Shown piece by piece: positions 61,101 through 64,000 of a stretch of DNA of 64,000 nt (within the stretch, counting starts at the first letter, position 1; the number at the start of each line of letters is the position of its first letter). The notes beneath the pieces are model-generated. The model did no database searches, had not been told where the DNA came from, and was given only the letters and a program-made list of their open reading frames with translations. The stretch is from Clostridia bacterium (lineage in GTDB: Bacteria > Bacillota > Clostridia > UMGS1840), in the NCBI GenBank assembly GCA_045661305.1, contig JAZRFJ010000006.1, positions 14,375 through 78,374 on the forward strand, given 5' to 3'. The position numbers were made by a program, and so were the translations under genes.

Positions 61101-64000
61101 ATGAAAAAACTTACAAGAGTTTTATCAGTAGTAATGGCAATCGCAATGTTGTTCACAATGTCTATGTCAGCTTCAGCTGCTACATACACAGATGTGAAAG
61201 CAGAAGATTCATACTACGAAGCTGTAGAAGCTTTATCAGCACTTGGTGTTGTTAAAGGCTACGAAGCAGGTGATTTCCAGCCAGAAGGCAAAATCACAAG
61301 AGCAGAAGCTGCTGCTATCATTATGAGAATAATGGGCATGGCTGCTGTAGAAAACACAAGAATTAACACACAGTTCACAGACGTAACATCAGAACACTGG
61401 GCATCAGGCGTTATCGCTGCTGCTGCTGATTCTGCAATCGTTAACGGTATGGGCGATGGCACATTTGCTCCATCTGCTGAAGTAACATACGACCAGGTTG
61501 TAAAAATGCTCGTTTGTGCAATGGGTTACCAGAAAAAAGCTGAAGCTTCAGTTGCTGCTGGAACAAACGTATTCCCAACAGGTTACAACATCGTTGCAAA
61601 CCAGAAGAGAATTACAGAAGGAACAGCTAAAACAGAAGGCGGCGCTACAAGAGGCACAGTTGCAAGACTCGTTTACAACGCTCTTACAGTAAACCTTATG
61701 GACCAGACATCATTTGGTACAGATGTTGAATTTAAAGAAATTGAAAAAGCTTCTATCCTCTGGACAAAATTAAATGCTATCCAGATCGAAACAAAGATTG
61801 CTTCAATTCCACTCGATCCTGCACAGAACAAAATTACAATCATCCCTACAAAATATGATGATGTAACAGTTAAAAACGGATACACACTTCCAGGTTCTGT
61901 TAAAAAAGGTGATGTAGACCTCGCTGGTTTACAGGGACTTACAGTTAAAGCTTTAGTTGATATCACAGATAAGGCTGATCCTGTACTCTTAGCAGTATTC
62001 CCACAGGGTTCTAAAAATGCTGAATTAGTTGTTGACCCACAGTTATTTGAAGATTTCGCTCTTCAGGCTGGTTCATCAACAGTTTACAATCCTAACATCA
62101 GATACTACAAATCAGCTGATGATTCAACACCTAATACATCTTCAAAAATCGAAGCTCCATTTGTTGCTTACATGAACATGAACACAGTTTATACATCATC
62201 AACTGGTGATGATGAAAGCGATGTTGCAGTTGCTCTTAACGGTATTATCGGTTCAGGTAATGTAAACAAAGTTACAACAAATAACAAAGCTTACAGATTC
62301 GTTGATACAGATAACAATGGTAAATATGATACACTCTTCATCGACAGCTCAGCTTCATTCGTAGTTGGTAAAATTGTTGATAAAGAAATCTACAGAGACA
62401 ACTCAGCATCTATCTTCAACTCAGGTTTAGTATTTGATGGAACAAAAACATACAACTTTGCTCCATTGGATCTTGATACAGAAGATGAAAAAGTTTCATA
62501 CTCAATCAAAGATGCTGAAGGAAACAAATTAGCATTCGAAGATATCAAAGTTGGCGATATCCTTACTGTTGCTCAGTCATATGACAGTGACATCTGGTAC
62601 TATGACATCACAGTTTCTTCTGCTTCAGCAGTTGAAGGAACAATCACAACAGTTTCAACTGAAAAAGTTAAAGGCGGAGCTACAATCGACTACTATGAAA
62701 TCGATGGCAAAGCTTACAGAGTAAATGGTGCTGCTACTTCTTCTAAACTTGAAGCAGGTATAGCTGGTACATTCAATATTACAGCTGATGGTGCTATCAT
62801 TTCTTACGAACTCCAGGCATCAGCTAAAGCTTATGGTATCGTTGTTGCTACAGGTGCTAAATCAGGCACATTCTCAAACGGTGTTCAGGCTCAGATTTTG
62901 ACAAAAGAAGGAACACTCAAAACATTAGATTTTGCTACAAATGTTGAATTCAACGCATCAGGTTCTGATGTTGCATCAAATGTAGATGCTGACAGTTCTA
63001 CAGCTGGCTTCCAGCCAAACGCTGCATTCTCTATCTCAGCTGGTACAATCGTAATCTATGAAACAAATTCAGATGATGAAATCAGAAGAATTTATACAAC
63101 ACAGGCTGCTATCGAAGCTAAAGACGACGATGTGAAACTCGTTCCTTCATTGTCAGCTACTTACGATGCTGATTCAGCAAAAATCGATGGTAAATATATG
63201 ACAGAAGATACAGTTGTAATCGGAGTTCCAAGTGCTGGTTCAGTAGGTGACAAAGATAAATATTCTGTTGCTTCAATAGACGCTTTAGATGAAACAACAA
63301 CATATACAGGTACACTCGTATATGATGCATCTTCTAAAGAAGTTCAGCTCGCATTTATCACAAACATGCTTGTAAAACCTGCTTACGACACAGTTCCATT
63401 TGTTGTAACAGGAAAATCTACAACAAGTGTTAACGGTGAAAAGAGAGACAGATTTACAGGTTACATCGAAAACAAAGAAGTTTCTTATGTTCTTGCAGAT
63501 TCTGATGATCTCACAGTTATCGGTATGACAGGTGAAGTTGTTGCTACATCAAAAGCTGCTGTTGCTGCTTTCGATATCGGTGTAAACGACGTTATCCAGG
63601 TTGTTCTTAATGCAAACGAAGAAATCGTTTCTTACAGACATATCATGAAATATGATGTTGACGAAGATGGTACTGGTGCTGATACTGCTGAAGGTTACAT
63701 CGCTATGGTAGCTTCAGCTGGTAACGAAGATTCAGATACAACTCAGACAGCTGTTCTTACAAAACTTTCAGATGGTACTGCTTCAGCTCACAATGCTGCT
63801 GTTACAAACAAACAGGTATATGGTTACGCTGCAGCTGGTAGAGTAAACAAAGTTACAAACAGAGGAATTGAACTCTTCAAATCTGTTAATACATCATCTC
63901 TTAACACTGTTGCATTGTTAACAGCTCAGTCAAACATTAATGACGCTGCTTACAATCCAAACAACATCGTATATGCTTATGGTAACACATATTCAAAAGT
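61101..64000 (+). CDS. Large S-layer / cell-surface protein with N-terminal SLH domains (partial, runs off the window end)
   Basis: The translation from 61101 is MKKLTRVLSVVMAIAMLFTMSMSASA|ATYTDVKAEDSYYEAVEALSALGVVKGYEAGDFQPEGKITRAEAAAIIMRIMG... This is a signal peptide plus three SLH repeats, followed by more than 750 aa of Thr/Ser/Ala/Val-rich beta-type sequence with no stop to position 64000. It has the RBS AGGAGG and strongly biased (r-protein-like) codon usage. It is absent from the ORF track because it has no in-window stop. Confidence 0.9.
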   Translation, partial: MKKLTRVLSVVMAIAMLFTMSMSASAATYTDVKAEDSYYEAVEALSALGVVKGYEAGDFQPEGKITRAEAAAIIMRIMGMAAVENTRINTQFTDVTSEHWASGVIAAAADSAIVNGMGDGTFAPSAEVTYDQVVKMLVCAMGYQKKAEASVAAGTNVFPTGYNIVANQKRITEGTAKTEGGATRGTVARLVYNALTVNLMDQTSFGTDVEFKEIEKASILWTKLNAIQIETKIASIPLDPAQNKITIIPTKYDDVTVKNGYTLPGSVKKGDVDLAGLQGLTVKALVDITDKADPVLLAVFPQGSKNAELVVDPQLFEDFALQAGSSTVYNPNIRYYKSADDSTPNTSSKIEAPFVAYMNMNTVYTSSTGDDESDVAVALNGIIGSGNVNKVTTNNKAYRFVDTDNNGKYDTLFIDSSASFVVGKIVDKEIYRDNSASIFNSGLVFDGTKTYNFAPLDLDTEDEKVSYSIKDAEGNKLAFEDIKVGDILTVAQSYDSDIWYYDITVSSASAVEGTITTVSTEKVKGGATIDYYEIDGKAYRVNGAATSSKLEAGIAGTFNITADGAIISYELQASAKAYGIVVATGAKSGTFSNGVQAQILTKEGTLKTLDFATNVEFNASGSDVASNVDADSSTAGFQPNAAFSISAGTIVIYETNSDDEIRRIYTTQAAIEAKDDDVKLVPSLSATYDADSAKIDGKYMTEDTVVIGVPSAGSVGDKDKYSVASIDALDETTTYTGTLVYDASSKEVQLAFITNMLVKPAYDTVPFVVTGKSTTSVNGEKRDRFTGYIENKEVSYVLADSDDLTVIGMTGEVVATSKAAVAAFDIGVNDVIQVVLNANEEIVSYRHIMKYDVDEDGTGADTAEGYIAMVASAGNEDSDTTQTAVLTKLSDGTASAHNAAVTNKQVYGYAAAGRVNKVTNRGIELFKSVNTSSLNTVALLTAQSNINDAAYNPNNIVYAYGNTYSK

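Noticed and set aside
1-64000. CRISPR arrays, transposases or IS elements, integrases, prophage or toxin-antitoxin/defence modules.
   Set aside because: I saw no repeat-spacer periodicity, no terminal inverted repeats flanking ORFs, and no ORF with recombinase, transposase or defence-domain motifs. Every sizeable ORF is accounted for by a housekeeping or cell-envelope function.

Overview
This 64-kb window comes from a low-GC Firmicutes (Clostridia-like) chromosome and is almost entirely core housekeeping genes, nearly all on the + strand. Gene order: addA (partial) and addB (-), rpsU, an orphan parB-like gene (-), uvrB-uvrA, a secreted clan GH-A glycosidase-like protein, rpmH-rnpA-yidD-yidC-jag, a YmdB-like phosphoesterase, a polar amino-acid ABC transporter, asp23-yloV-recG, cysE-cysS, a DUF523 protein, an SLH-domain protein, an LtaS-like sulfatase (-) and an EF-G paralog (-). 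These are followed by rpoB-rpoC, L7Ae-rpsL-rpsG-fusA-tuf, the complete S10-spc-alpha ribosomal protein cluster (rpsJ through rplQ, with secY-adk-map-infA), rpmE, and the 5' part of a very large SLH-anchored S-layer protein. Three short ribosomal protein genes are missing from the ORF track and were found by eye: rpmH, rpmD and rpmJ. I saw no rRNA, tRNA, CRISPR array, transposase, integrase, phage gene or recognisable defence island, so I cannot support a claim of a new multi-gene system here. The most unusual features are inside core genes. (1) rpoC carries a ~105-aa insertion with a clear SWIM-type CxCx8CxH zinc-finger signature. (2) rpoB carries a ~68-aa Lys/Glu-rich coiled-coil-like insertion and a ~90-aa polyacidic tail. 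(3) L24 has a CxxC-x19-CxxC zinc-ribbon-like C-terminus. (4) yloV is interrupted by an in-frame TAG, while TAG is a genuine stop at rpsK. (5) The EF-G paralog divergent from rpoB has degenerate GTPase motifs. (6) The ribosomal protein operons contain several unusually long, hairpin-rich leaders and intercistronic spacers. (7) Near-consensus extended -10 promoters are preceded by phased A-tracts. All functional calls rest on my recognition of translated motifs and synteny; no database search was run.
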